A stretch of 64,000 nt of DNA from Yuukianura sp. NJ FZ-2021 (Eukaryota), in contig CM102286.1 of the NCBI GenBank assembly GCA_046563655.1, positions 6,324,001-6,388,000 of the forward strand, given 5' to 3'. Within the stretch, counting starts at the first letter, position 1. The number at the start of each line of letters is the position of its first letter. Of this stretch, positions 36,372-48,646 are shown piece by piece. The notes below the pieces were generated by a model. That model was not told where the DNA came from and ran no database searches. It was given only the letters and a program-made list of their open reading frames with translations. A program made the translations under genes and the position numbers.

Positions 36372-39212
36372 ATGGAATGTGAAGTGACGACGTCAACGAC
36401 CTACTCCAACGGTGGCACTCGTCGCTCCAGTCCTCCAGGCACACCTACTTCCAATGGCATGATTCCAGCGATCAGTCCATCCTCCAGGACATCCAGTACT
36501 GGATCGGCCAAATCCCAACTCCATGTTGAATTTACTGACAATGGAGAGGTGAAGGAGAAACGGGAAAAGTATTTGACTGCCAAATATGGAAGCCACCAAA
36601 TGAGTCTCATCAGGAAACGATTGGCTGTCGAGATGTGGCTCTATGATGAACTTCAAAAACTTTTTGAAAATGAGGTACGACATAAGGTTTTTGTTAAATT
36701 TGGTTAGGGATAAACATAGGTTAGGCTAAAAGTAGGAGCATAAAGTAGTAGTTTTTAGATTAGAGGCTATAAACGCTAAAAAGTAGGCGTTGCAGCCTCT
36801 AATCTTAAAAGTACACAAAGTCGCTAGTTCTAGGGCTGTTACGGTTACGGTTCCAAGATCCGAAACCGGGTACGGATCCGGGTTCGGCTCGGATCCGGAT
36901 CCCCTGATAACCGGACCGAACCGGATCCGTAACAGCTATAAGGCTGTTACGGTTCCGGGTCCAAGATCCGAAACCGGGTACGGATCCGGGTTCGGTTCGG
37001 ATCCGGATCCCCTAATATCCGGACCGAACCGGATCCATAACAGCACTAGCTAGTTCTGGTTAATAAAGTATAATCTTCTAGCTACCAAGCAATACGTTTC
37101 ACAAATTACTTTTTAGATGCTGTCACCCACTTCAGCTATTTTGGCACTTTGCAATTTTTTTTTCAGTCACATTTGACCTTGAAGTCCTTCACGGTTCATC
37201 TCACGGTCCTTATCTTTAAGTGCTAGAAAATTCAATTTTACTCTTGAATTTGTTGAAGTTTCTTATTATTCAATTTGCCAATTTCAACATACTGCTACTA
37301 GATGTTCTACGGCCTATGAATCTAATGTGTAAAAAATGCAAACCTTGAAACGAATAGAAATGCTTGGAAAATTTTTCGATTTGGATTGCTTGAATTAAAA
37401 AATTCTAAGGCCATTGTTAAATTAAGCTTTAGGAAAATGCGTTTCAAAAAAGTGGAGCATATGCATTGATATTTTCTAATTTTCAAAATAAATATTATTG
37501 CTTAATCTTAAGCATAAATTCCGAAACACGCCGATTGACATTGACAAAACCCTAAAGTTAACTAATAAATTCAAGGTGCGTCACGACGGTGCAACTTTTT
37601 TTATTAGAAATTGTAACAAACGTGCTAGGATTAAAATTCAAGCCGTCGTATGACATAGTTTGTATGAAAAATGAATAGGAAATCCATGTTTAATTAGTTT
37701 AATGAAGCCATTTAATTTGAAGCATTATGGAAGATTAATATTAGTAAAAGTTGATGCCACCCCTCTGGTTTTCGAACATCTTGGGTTGTACAGTTGGACT
37801 TGGCCAGAAACTTGAACTGGTTTAGATCACATCCTATCAACGGAAACAAACATAAACTTATCCCAACAAACAATGCAATCTCCCTCTGAACCAACATGAT
37901 CTTGAACCCTGGGATTTTTCCTACCAAAAAAGTGAACTCTAACATTCACTAAATCGTTTAAAAAATCCTGACTAAAAACTGTAGTACATAACGCATATTT
38001 ACATTAACGGTTAACGGTACCATAAAATTTAAGCTATTACTCACTTCAAAACAACTTAGGGTATAATGGGTAACGTAAGTTTAGAAACGTTGTTAAAATT
38101 AATGTTTTAGCATTTAGACATTTGAACAAAGGTATGGAGATGACTCGGGTGGAGAATTTATGATGCAAAGACAATGAGAAAGTTATTGATATTGAACTAT
38201 GATTTTGGTGACGTCTGTCAATTGAATTAATGCAGCACGATCCTAAAGTGACTGTCATTTAGAACATTGAAGGGCAAGAAGAACTTTCAATTTCAATTTC
38301 GAGTCAAGAACCTTCTGTGTTTTGGTTGACATTTGAAGTTGAAAGGTCAAACGCAAGTTTTGCGGAAGTTCTAAAAGTCTAAGAAAATATTAAGATCCAT
38401 TTAGCTTCATAAATGACTCAGGAAGCCCTCGAATGAAGGAACTCATATCCATTCATCCATGATTTGACACTTGACACAAAGTAGTTAACCTTAAAATACT
38501 GAAAACATGGATTGATGCTTCATAAACCTTACACTTTTAGCCAAAAAATTTTTATGAAAATTTAAATTCATCAAAATTTCAGTAGCTTGCAATTACTCAC
38601 AAGTTCATGTCCTTCTATACTGAAATTTCATGGAATTATAGAAATTGACATAAATTTGTAACATTGATTTTGAAAAGCATCGAGAATGAGAGTCACGTTT
38701 TAGTGTTACATTGGATCGTTGTTAGTGAAAGTCATTTTGGAGCTCAAAGTGTGCAAAATTGCGTGTAAAAATTGTCACTGACATGAAAAAAAATCAATGA
38801 CCTTTGACATTTGACATTTGAGAAGCATTCGATTTTCAATTTTTGGGAAAGTCGTTACAAAAGAGTCTTCCACGTGTGTAAAATGCATTATTGATCAGGT
38901 CCAACGATTTCCTTTGATTTTTTTCAGGATGGTACGCCAATTTCACATGACATTGAAATTGACTTGGACGAAGTTCTAGACATGGATGGAGACGTCGAAC
39001 GGCGAAAGTTCCTCAGTTCTCTATTGACTGGTGCAAAGAAATCTCAAGGGAAAGTAGATGTGAGTGAGACACTGAAAATACAATGATTAGCTTTTATGAC
39101 TTTTGGCTCACTTTTTAGTAGTTTCTTCGACACATGGCCTATATCTGACATTTTGAATTCTGTTTCCTAGAAATTCATTGATGAGGTCATGGCAAAAGCA
39201 AAGACGCTGTAG
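36372..39212 (+). CDS. Protein phosphatase 1 regulatory subunit 14 family inhibitor (CPI-17/PHI-1-like), 158 aa
   Basis: Exons 36372-36674, 38928-39059, 39171-39212. Motifs YLTAKYGSHQMSLIRKRLAVEMWL and EIDLDEVLDMD. Confidence 0.9.
36831..37048. mobile_element. Tandem dimer of a 110-bp hAT-type MITE in the first intron of the PPP1R14-like gene
   Basis: Outer TIRs TAGGGCTGTTACGG and CCATAACAGCACTA. Perfect 8-bp TSD GCTAGTTC at 36823-36830 and 37049-37056. Two near-identical units, 36831-36940 and 36939-37048. Confidence 0.9.
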
Positions 39213-40036
39213 AACAACTTCCTTCATGCAGAACCAAGCCTTTCGGTCTTGACTTTTCTCAAATTATACATTACGAGCCTTTTCTAAATAATAGAGCCTA
39301 GCCTTAGCTTCCTTAAGCCTCGATTAGTTAATTCTTAAGAGTTAAAACTAATTATTACAAACTTAGAAAAGTACTTTGTGTATAAATCAAATTCTGAAAC
39401 CCCAACCAACGTCTTTAGCTGTAAAGTTGGAAATATTTACTCTAGTGTAAGATTTTTGTAGTTTTAAGTAGGCCGACCCTTAAATGGCAAAATTAATTAA
39501 ATAAATCAATTTAAAACGATAGTTCAAATTTTGAAAACCGACTGAGCGAGTTTCTAAACCTGAATGATCTAAAACTCAACGCTGAGCGAGTTTTTGGAAA
39601 CTGGCAAAATGGAACATAAAAGAGATAATTTATTAAAAATTATTCCATTTTAAGCAATTGATTCAACAAGTGAGATTGATTAAGACTAATTAGTAGAGAT
39701 ATAAGGTACGCAACTAGTGTCAAACAAAACAAAGTCGAAATTATTTCTTTTTTAACACTTGACAAGATTGAGTAAAGCTTAAGTAATATTCATTTCATAA
39801 TTAACTTTAGCTACCAAAAGCATTCTAAGCATTAAGCCACTCTTTAGATCAAGTTTCAACAAACGTAACTTTAAAATTTTGCTCAAAATTGAGTTAAGAC
39901 TCGTTCAACTCCAGTTGTTCAACAACTTTAAAATGGCCAACATTACATAGGAATCCATTTTTCAGAGTTGAAAGTAATTAAAAGGGAACGTGGTTATCAT
40001 ACTGTTGTGTGAGTATAAGTAAGCGATCAAGGTCAC

Positions 40037-42712
40037 TTATTGCATTTTTGAAAGTTCAAACTTGGATGTGACAAGTTCTTCTTCCGAGTCCATCGCTGGT
40101 AAGTCACCTTCTCCAAAATCGTTCGGAATATTTTGATCCACCCATTTCAAGTCTTCATCCTAGAAAATTAGAAGGTTTGAAAGACTTATTTAAAAAATTT
40201 TTTTTAACAAATTTAAGTTTTGTCGATCACTTACGGCAGTCTGGTTTCTGTATTTCTTAGCCTTCTCTGACACATGCTGTTTGGGACGTAATTTCATACC
40301 GGCGGCTAAAACATTCACAGCACAAAAAAATGAAAACTGAATGAACGCTGGAAGAATGGAAGATTTATGGAAGGCGGAAAACTAAAAACCTTACCGAATG
40401 CTTCATTGACCACTAGATCTTCTTCTTCTTCATCGTCCATACCATCAGACAATGGCGAAAAGGCGTATCTAAACAAGTCAAAATGCGGTAAAGAATTGGA
40501 CTGAATGACTTTTGCTATAAACCACTTGCCTTTGATTATTATTGGTTGGCCGCCACAAAATCATGATGGCTAGAAGGATAATGCTAAACTGGACGTGCCA
40601 AAAAGCTTCGTCGATCCAAATATTTCGCCAATTCTAAAGAAAATTAAGTCAAATAAGTCCAATGGTAATAACGTATCTTATTTAAATCCACATTTACAAC
40701 TTACCTCTAAACACAATGGAGTTTTTATGACTTTGATGGACCAGAGCATGAAGCAAACAGACGCGATCACAGAGAAGATTAAAGTATTTGTGAAGTTCCG
40801 GTACAATGACAACTTGACAACATTTCTGCAAATCAAAAATCGGTGCATTTTGTGACTCCAACAGGATCCTTTGCACATTTTATGTTGAATTAAAGAAAAG
40901 TGTACCGGCGCAACCGCAGTTGACGTGTCGTTGCAAGCAGGGACTGAAAAATCCAGTAACACAGGAAGCCGTCCATCAACGACAAGCCGATGCCCGCCAT
41001 AACTGCTCTGTTTGAAGGTCCGTTTACGGGATGAATCACGCGTAAGCTGCACTCCATCGATGCCAGGATAAAGTAAAGGCCTCCCACCACAATGAGTTTA
41101 TGTAAAGTTGTTCCTAAGCGAGGCCTGTGTTATAAAGAAAACTGCTGCTTATGAGTCAAACGGGATTCCTAATATTAGTAGAAACATACTTCACAATGCC
41201 GAAGCCAATGCTGACAATGACAATTAAAAGTCTGGCGAGAGTTCGTTTCGTAGCTGACACAAGTTCAGCAAAAAGAACAGCTCCAGCCACAGAAACTCCG
41301 GTTGAGTTGATGCTTTGATATTCCGCATAAAATACAGCCTAAACAAAAAATCAAAATAAATTAAGTTTCGATACTTCGCAATACATAACAGTACCACCGT
41401 CATCAATCAAAATAATTCGCTTACCATCTCCATCATTCCGAGAAAAATAACCCCACCAATCCAAAATTGAATGCGTAATAAATCTCTCCAGCGCTGAAAT
41501 GACAAAATCAACCAGGCGATTCCATAGGCCACGTACACTGCACACATTCCTCCGTAGAACTGAAGTAATATACAAATCACGAATAAACTTTGAAGCTAAC
41601 CGCTAAAGGTAGAGACTGTTTATCTTTTTTTTACGGTAAGAAGCGGCCAGTCTGCAGCAGACAAATAACCATGGGGCGATTTCATGGATACAGTGACTCC
41701 AGCGATAAAATCATAAGCGTCGGGTCCTTGAATGTTGATAATCAAGAGGTAAATACCATCAGCAGGAATTGTCAGCAGTGTGTCTTGCTCATGTCGCTAA
41801 GAACAAATAAGGATTTAAGTCGTAGCAGCAGTTGCTTTCATCTTGTGTTAACAACAAAAAATTACCACATGTGACACGTTCCCTGTTCCTATTGGAGCGT
41901 GACCGACTGCAAGCGACGAAGTTTCATTTCCTTCTGCAGGAAGAAGATGATATTGCGGCTGCGATAACGATTTGAAACAGAATGGGTGGTTACTATATTC
42001 CAGTTCCAGTTCTACCAGCATACACTGTATACTCCGGAAAAAAACCAAGTAATGCAGGAAAAAAATATAAGTTACTCACCAAACTAATCGAAGAGTCGCA
42101 ACGATGGGTAATTGGCTGAGCAGGCGAAAATCGTCGAGGTGGAGGATAATCGGAAATAGTAGCTTCGGGAAACTCCAGGTATCTCGTCCAAACCAATGCT
42201 CGATCTGTTGTCGACTATGGATTATAAAATACGATTGTCATGCTCAGTTTGAATTGTTGGAAAGTTATTTCATACCAAGTACTCCAACTGCGAATACTCG
42301 TCCCAGCACTTCGTTTCACGGAGGACCCATGTGATGCTAACGTCTTTAGTTTCCGTTTCAGCACCTTTACATTTAACTGAAAACAAAATATTTTGAATTA
42401 AGTTCTGATTGGAGCATGCTAAACGTTGTGCTTATATTCCACTAATCTTACTGTCGACAATGATAGTTGAATTTTCAAAAAGGCTCTTGTAGACAGCCCA
42501 AGTGTTGTTTTCCTGCAATTAGGCATTTTATAAATAATATTAAGATTAATTCTTAGAAAAAGAACGGACAGTTAAATGTTGGGTGACATTTCACTCACAG
42601 AGCCAATCCTGAAGGTCCATCTTCCTTGTTCTGGAAACGAACTTATCAGAAGTGGGAGTGTGACTATAATTAACACGAACAAATTCGGCGAGACTGAAGT
42701 GTAGGAAACCAT
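40037..42712 (-). CDS. TMEM87: TMEM87A/B-like GOST (GOLD domain plus 7TM) protein
   Basis: Signal peptide followed by PEQGRW. Spliced exons give [76 protein letters not shown] and C-terminal FELSKMQ*. One GC-AG intron at 40469-40529. Confidence 0.92.
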
Positions 42713-44033
42713 TTTCTTTTCGTGCCGGAGAATCACACCGTAAAAATGAGTCTTCAAGGTGGTGGCTGGGCTGGCTGACAAAATACTAGAGAGCAATAAT
42801 TTAGTCTGCTACTGGTGGATGTGTATCAGCAAAGTTTAGACCCCCCGAACCCGGTTGATATTCAGCTCAGAGTCAGATTGGCTATCTAAAATGACAACAA
42901 ATACTAAATATTACCAACATAACTGGCGAGTAGTCGTTGATTCTGGACACATGTAAGAACACTGGTTATCTTTGAGCGTTGCCCTCTGTCCGGTTCTTGA
43001 CAAGTAAAAGCGTGTAAGTTTTTTTAAAAGAACTATCGACTATTTATTGTAGACTGACCTGAATATGGTAAACAGGAAAATCGTTCCTTGAAGACGTACT
43101 TTAATGCTTACTGGATGTTGAGTGATCAGAGGATGGTTTTACAGTTAAGTAACACAGTCTAGTACGTACGTATGTATGTTACTTACACATCCATGTCATT
43201 CGCCGTCGCCCGCCGTGTGTCACTGAAACTGCTTGGTTCGATATAATGGGTGCTTAATCTGCAAACCACAAGTAAAGTGTCAAATTATGATTAAATTGAG
43301 TTATCTTTATAACCGAAAGTTTATGAATTTATGATCTCTTCTCAAATGTGTCGGTAAAAAAAAATCCTCACAGATCATAAGTGTCCTTCTCCTTGCTGCC
43401 CGCCCGCCCCTTCCGCTTCTTTATCTGTTTCTGCCGTTGTCGCAGTGACCAGTTTCAGTACTGACTGGGTTATTGACGGAAGTCTATAGGTTCCAGGAAA
43501 GTGTAAGCAAAAGCAGCTGACTCGAATCATTTGTATGTCATCGAAGATCGCGGCTCATCCAAAAAACTAATTATCAATCAAGAAATTTAGCAAACAACGC
43601 AACGCATATAAGGACACACCGAAGCTGTCGTTGAAGGAAAACTATTTTAGACGAAGAGCAAGGTTGTAACGGTAAATCATTTACGTCGTTTCTTCACGTA
43701 GTTTTTAGTATAGTTTTTTTTAGGTTGTAATATATAGTACATATTTTCTGATTCAGTTTCCGGCATTGATCATTTAATCTCCTATCCCGTCCGCACATTT
43801 CAATTGACTGGAACTGACTGAAGTCGACTACTAAAAACAACGAAAGAAACCGACGGGCATTACCGCATGATTTGATTTACGGGTCACGACATACGTAACC
43901 ACACAGCACCAGGGTAAGGTGGTATGAACCAAAACCAATCAAATAAATTCATTTAAAGTGCAACATATTTATTTTACCAAAGGCTACGTAAAGTGTGTTT
44001 ATTCTTTAGTTTTCCATTATTCATCTAATAAGC

Positions 44034-45234
44034 ATGGGTAACGGGAGCAGCAGCGGGAGCGGGACCCGGGACAGACATAAATCTGGAGACAGCGGCGGCG
44101 GTGTTGGAGGTATTTCTCCAGGGGCGAAGGACGGTCAGCCGTTTACTTTCGAAAAGCAATCTCCAGCAGCACATAAAATTCTTCAACTTCAAGCTTCTCA
44201 CGAAGAGGATTCGGAACCATACTATACCAAAGCGGGATCCAGAGACCCACAGGACACTGATGTGAGTCTAACTTCAATCTAATACGCTTGTGCTTGAAGA
44301 AACTACAAATTATTAGAATTTACTCATTCACTGCTCTTCGCATTATTTCAGACCTCGGACGATTACCGTCGTTCGGGAAGGCCTCGAGCATCGACCATTT
44401 CAGAAGGTTCACAACCAAGCCAAGCTACTCAGTCCAAGATCCTTCCTACAGTTTTTAAATGGGACGGTGGAGGAGAAAACGTTTTTATTAGCGGTAGTTT
44501 CTCAAACTGGAAAACAATTCCTATGGTAAGATTCGTTTTGACCGAATTTCTCCACATCCAGAGAGACGTTAACTTTCTGTTTCTATATTGATACAGGTTA
44601 AGAGCCACGGTGACTTCGTAGCTATAGTTGATCTTCCAGAAGGAGAGCACCAGTATAAATTTTTCATCGATGGACAATGGAAACTGAATCCTAGTGAACC
44701 AATTGCACAGAGTGACATCGGTTCCAAAAATAACATAATCACCGTGAAGAAAACAGACTTTGAAGTATTTGATGCTCTTGACATGGACTCCATCACGTCA
44801 ACGTCGGCACAAGCTAACAGTACGCTTATTAATTAAATATTCTACACATACTTTACGATTTTTCTTTTCAGAGTATGGACAGGACCTTCCGAGCTACAAA
44901 CCGTGGGAAAAAACTGCCGGACCCCCAATTCTGCCCCCTCATCTCCTCCAAGTTATTCTTAACAAGGACACGCCCTTATCGGTAAGTTTTCAATTGACTG
45001 AAGTTATCTTTAATCTAATTATAAAATAATAATTATATTTATATTTTTATAATTACCTAACGCATAACTCTTTTCCAATTTATTCAGTGCGAACCTACTC
45101 TTCTTCCGGAACCAAACCACGTGATGCTGAATCATCTGTATGCGTTATCCATCAAAGATGGCGTCATGGTCCTCAGTGCTACACATCGATATCGAAAGAA
45201 ATACGTTACCACACTCCTCTACAAACCGATATAA
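44034..45234 (+). CDS. alc: 5'-AMP-activated protein kinase beta subunit (alicorn/PRKAB)
   Basis: Exons 44034-44261, 44352-44525, 44597-44819, 44872-44981, 45088-45234. MGN myristoylation start, CBM (PTVFKW, VKSHGDF, GEHQYKFFIDGQW), PPILPPHLLQVILNKD, PNHVMLNHLYALSIKD and C-terminal YVTTLLYKPI*. Confidence 0.97.
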
Positions 45235-45700
45235 GGTTATTCGAGAGGACTTAGTTAGTTCTGGTAGTACAGCAACTTCCTGTAGGTGCTCCTTCATCCC
45301 TGGTTGTTAGTCTTACTACACTGTTCGTCTCGTCAAATTTTTGGTCAGAATGTCAACAGTTCTTTGCGATAAAAGTAGCCCGGAGCGGAGGCAGAATTAA
45401 CTAGGAGCAGTCTGAATATTGTCTGCTAGCGAAACAGAATTATCAGTTCCATCAGTGTAACCTCCATTGTTACTGTGTAATAATCTTAGCGGACTTTTAA
45501 TCCTGACAACTTTTGACAAAAGTCTTCTCGTCAATTACGAAAATTAAATGTAATGTTACTAAACATAATCCAGTTGAATGCCTTTACAGTTTCGTGCACT
45601 ACAATTTGAATCGTTGCATCTCTACGTCTGAGTCCGAGTAATCATTTACAGTTTAAACCTTACACTCTAGTCTAGTAGAGCACATCGATTAAGATTTTAA

Positions 45701-47734
45701 CTAGACTGCAGTGGAGTCAATACTCTTTTTCCTCTCGGGTGGAGTCGGAGTAGGAAATGTCGCTAAAGTTTCTACATCCCCCTCTTCGTTTATAACTACG
45801 ACAGAGTTCCGTTTCATTTTGGAAAGAAGATGTGGTAATTTACTTTTGGATTTTGTAATTAGATTTGGTGTGTCCCCTGTTCCACTACTCTCTTCAGTGC
45901 TATCCGGATCCACGATTGGAATGTCCTCTGTATATTAATAAAAAGTCAAATTAGAACTTGGAAATTGAGAAAAACTTACCAGAAAAATAGTTCCTATGAT
46001 AAATTGTTAGTCGTACCTGGCAACTTCTTTGTTCGAAAAGAAGCATTTGTGATAATAGTTTTTTTGAATGTCGATGGTTCAACTTGAACCGGTATTTCTG
46101 GAAAACGTTCGAATTACGTAATTATCATTGTGTCTATTGCGATACATGATGCACCGAAAACGATTGGGAGTGAGGTTAAGGTTTTTATTAGCAAAAGCAA
46201 AGCACAGGAAAGAACTAATCAAGATTTTGAAGGACTATCGAGGAATCATTGCTATGGAGAACAGTTAAGCGGAACGTTGCTTTTGAACAGTCAGGCTGCC
46301 TGGGGAGTTGCGCTCTTCATCAGCTTACGGAAGCAGCCTGTATAATGATAGGGAAGTGGTAAGCGGAAGGATAAGGTGAGCAATGGATTAACTACGATCG
46401 TGAAGACAATCAGAAGTACCACTTGTGATATCGTACCACTAGACTTGAGATAATTGTCCACAGCGTTACACACAAGCATCGCGTCAGCCCAGAGTTGGTA
46501 ATTCGCTCTTTGACGAGCTTCTTCAAGGACTTGCTCTCCTCGCATTGGTTCTCCGTTGTAGCTGCAATTAAAAAAATAACAGAATAACGACTTCCAATAC
46601 TTCATTTTCATTGGGTATATTCAATGGATTGAACTAAAACTCACACAGAGAAGTAAACTGTTTGAACCATTTCGATAAGCAGCTTCGATGACAGGATTAT
46701 CCTTGTTGTAGAGTGAGTCCTAGTGGAGGTTGAGATGTTATTAAACCCTTGAGTAATTAGTCTGGAATAAGTTCAGAAAAGAAACCGTTGACAAGATTGT
46801 AAGACTGGACATTGAATCATTCAATTGAAATGAGTTAAATCTCCATTACTGAGAAATTGTTTTCAAATATGATGGAATGGGATGTTTCGGTAGATCGGGA
46901 AGCCGGTGATTGAAAATCCACCACAACTCAGTGCACAATGGCAAGCGTTGAGGTGCTCGGACACGCTCTTCCGTAAATTCGATAACGGGGCGGTTGACGA
47001 CCTTTACCGTACGAGCTGACAGACGTTCCAATTCTCCTTCCGAAATCCATGACGTAGACACACCTCCAGGCTAAACAGAATAATAGACTTTAAACGGTAA
47101 AAGGAACGGTAATAGAGTATATGAAAATTACATCGTGAAAAATTGACGGCAGATTTATATTTGGAATCCTTGTGCTCCGAGGGACATTGTCTTCGCCATT
47201 TGTCTCAAGTTCCAAGATTCCCCTGAGTAGTGTTTCAAGTGATACGCATCTCTGCAATTTGGACAAAACGGTATCTAGTATTTTGAAAATGAAACCAATT
47301 CGTTTACCTTACCTTTTGTGAATGAACTTGATTCAAGTACACGTAAATTAGTGATGGAATGAATTGAATGGTAAAGAGTTGAAGATTCTTGTGGGATGAC
47401 GTCCGAAAGAACTTGAAGAGTGTAATAATAATCTCGTCGTAGAGCTAAACATACAGAACAAATGATTTAAGTTATCAATCATCGTAACTTTTGGACTTGT
47501 TCGTAAGCTTAAACTTAAGAATAGGAATCGTTTCAATACTTTCCCTATAAAACATGACAACCATCATAACATTACCGATTTGAATCGGTCAGATTCTTCC
47601 AGAACATGTGTTATTGCCTGGAACAAGTCCTCATTAGCAAGGACAGACTCCGAAAACTTCGTGACCTTTTCTCGTTCAGTATCTTTAACTTCGTCCCATT
47701 CAGTAATCCATTCGTTGACAATTTGATCGGTCAT
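45701..47734 (-). CDS. hyccin: Hyccin / FAM126 (PI4KIII-alpha complex subunit)
   Basis: Spliced exons give MTDQIVNEWITEW, LFKFFRT...FTIQFIPSLIYVYL, IPNINLPSIFHD, YNG...RANYQLWADAMLVCNAV and ITNASFRTKKLPEDIPI, matching the FAM126 family. Confidence 0.88.
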
Positions 47735-48646
47735 CTTCCCAATTCCTTTACACCAGCGATTCTTGTCCCTGTCGATACTCTCCAGAAGCCCTATAAAAAC
47801 AAATCAATGTTGTTTAGCCCTTCTTCGCCATTATTGCATAATACAGAACAAATATTAGAATGACACTTACCTCAAAACAGGAACCGGAAATCGGGAAATC
47901 ACATGTAACTGAACTGCTAATATGCTGGCTGCTGGCTGACTTGACTTATTGATAACAGCTGATGGGTGCTTCAGCTGCCTTCCTCTTCCTCTACTGGCTT
48001 CCGGTTCCGCTTCCGACTACACTCCACCTCGACCTCGACTGAACTCCTAATAATTCGATTAAGTTCTACTGAAAAAAAATAGATAATGAAAAAGAACAAA
48101 TAAATTCGATATTCCCAAACCTCAATGAAAATTACGGAATGTTTCGGAAAACAAACAAACCACTATTGGTCGAAATCTCCAAACCAACATCTACGAGTCG
48201 TCGCAGCTAATACTCCGTTCATCGTTGTCACGAAACAAAGTCCTGACAATTTCCATTGTTAAAATTCATCGTCTGTGTTTCCAACCTTTTCAAAAAATTC
48301 TATAAACCATTAATTGTCTCGGTCATATTTTATAGTTTATTATAATAATCCATGATTATGTGACAAAAAAAAAACAATAAGCTGTCATGTGTGTGAAACA
48401 CACGCAAAGAATTTTCCAAGGTCACGTAAATGTCCGATGATGTCAGACGTTATCATCAGGGCACTTTAGCATTATACAGCGTAAATTATAAACTATTGAT
48501 GTAAATAAACTTAATATTTTGTATAAATCAATTATTTTAACACTTCCGACTCATAGTAAACTCAAAATCATAAATCAACTGGCCTGGCCACTTAACCCCC
48601 ACTATATTCTGTGACATCATCATTCATTTTAACAGTAATTTAAAAA

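Noticed and set aside
36790..37053. 87-aa ORF with a duplicated peptide (AVTV..PRSETGYGSGFGSDPDP)
   Set aside because: It is a translation of the MITE dimer, starts at TTG and lies in an intron.
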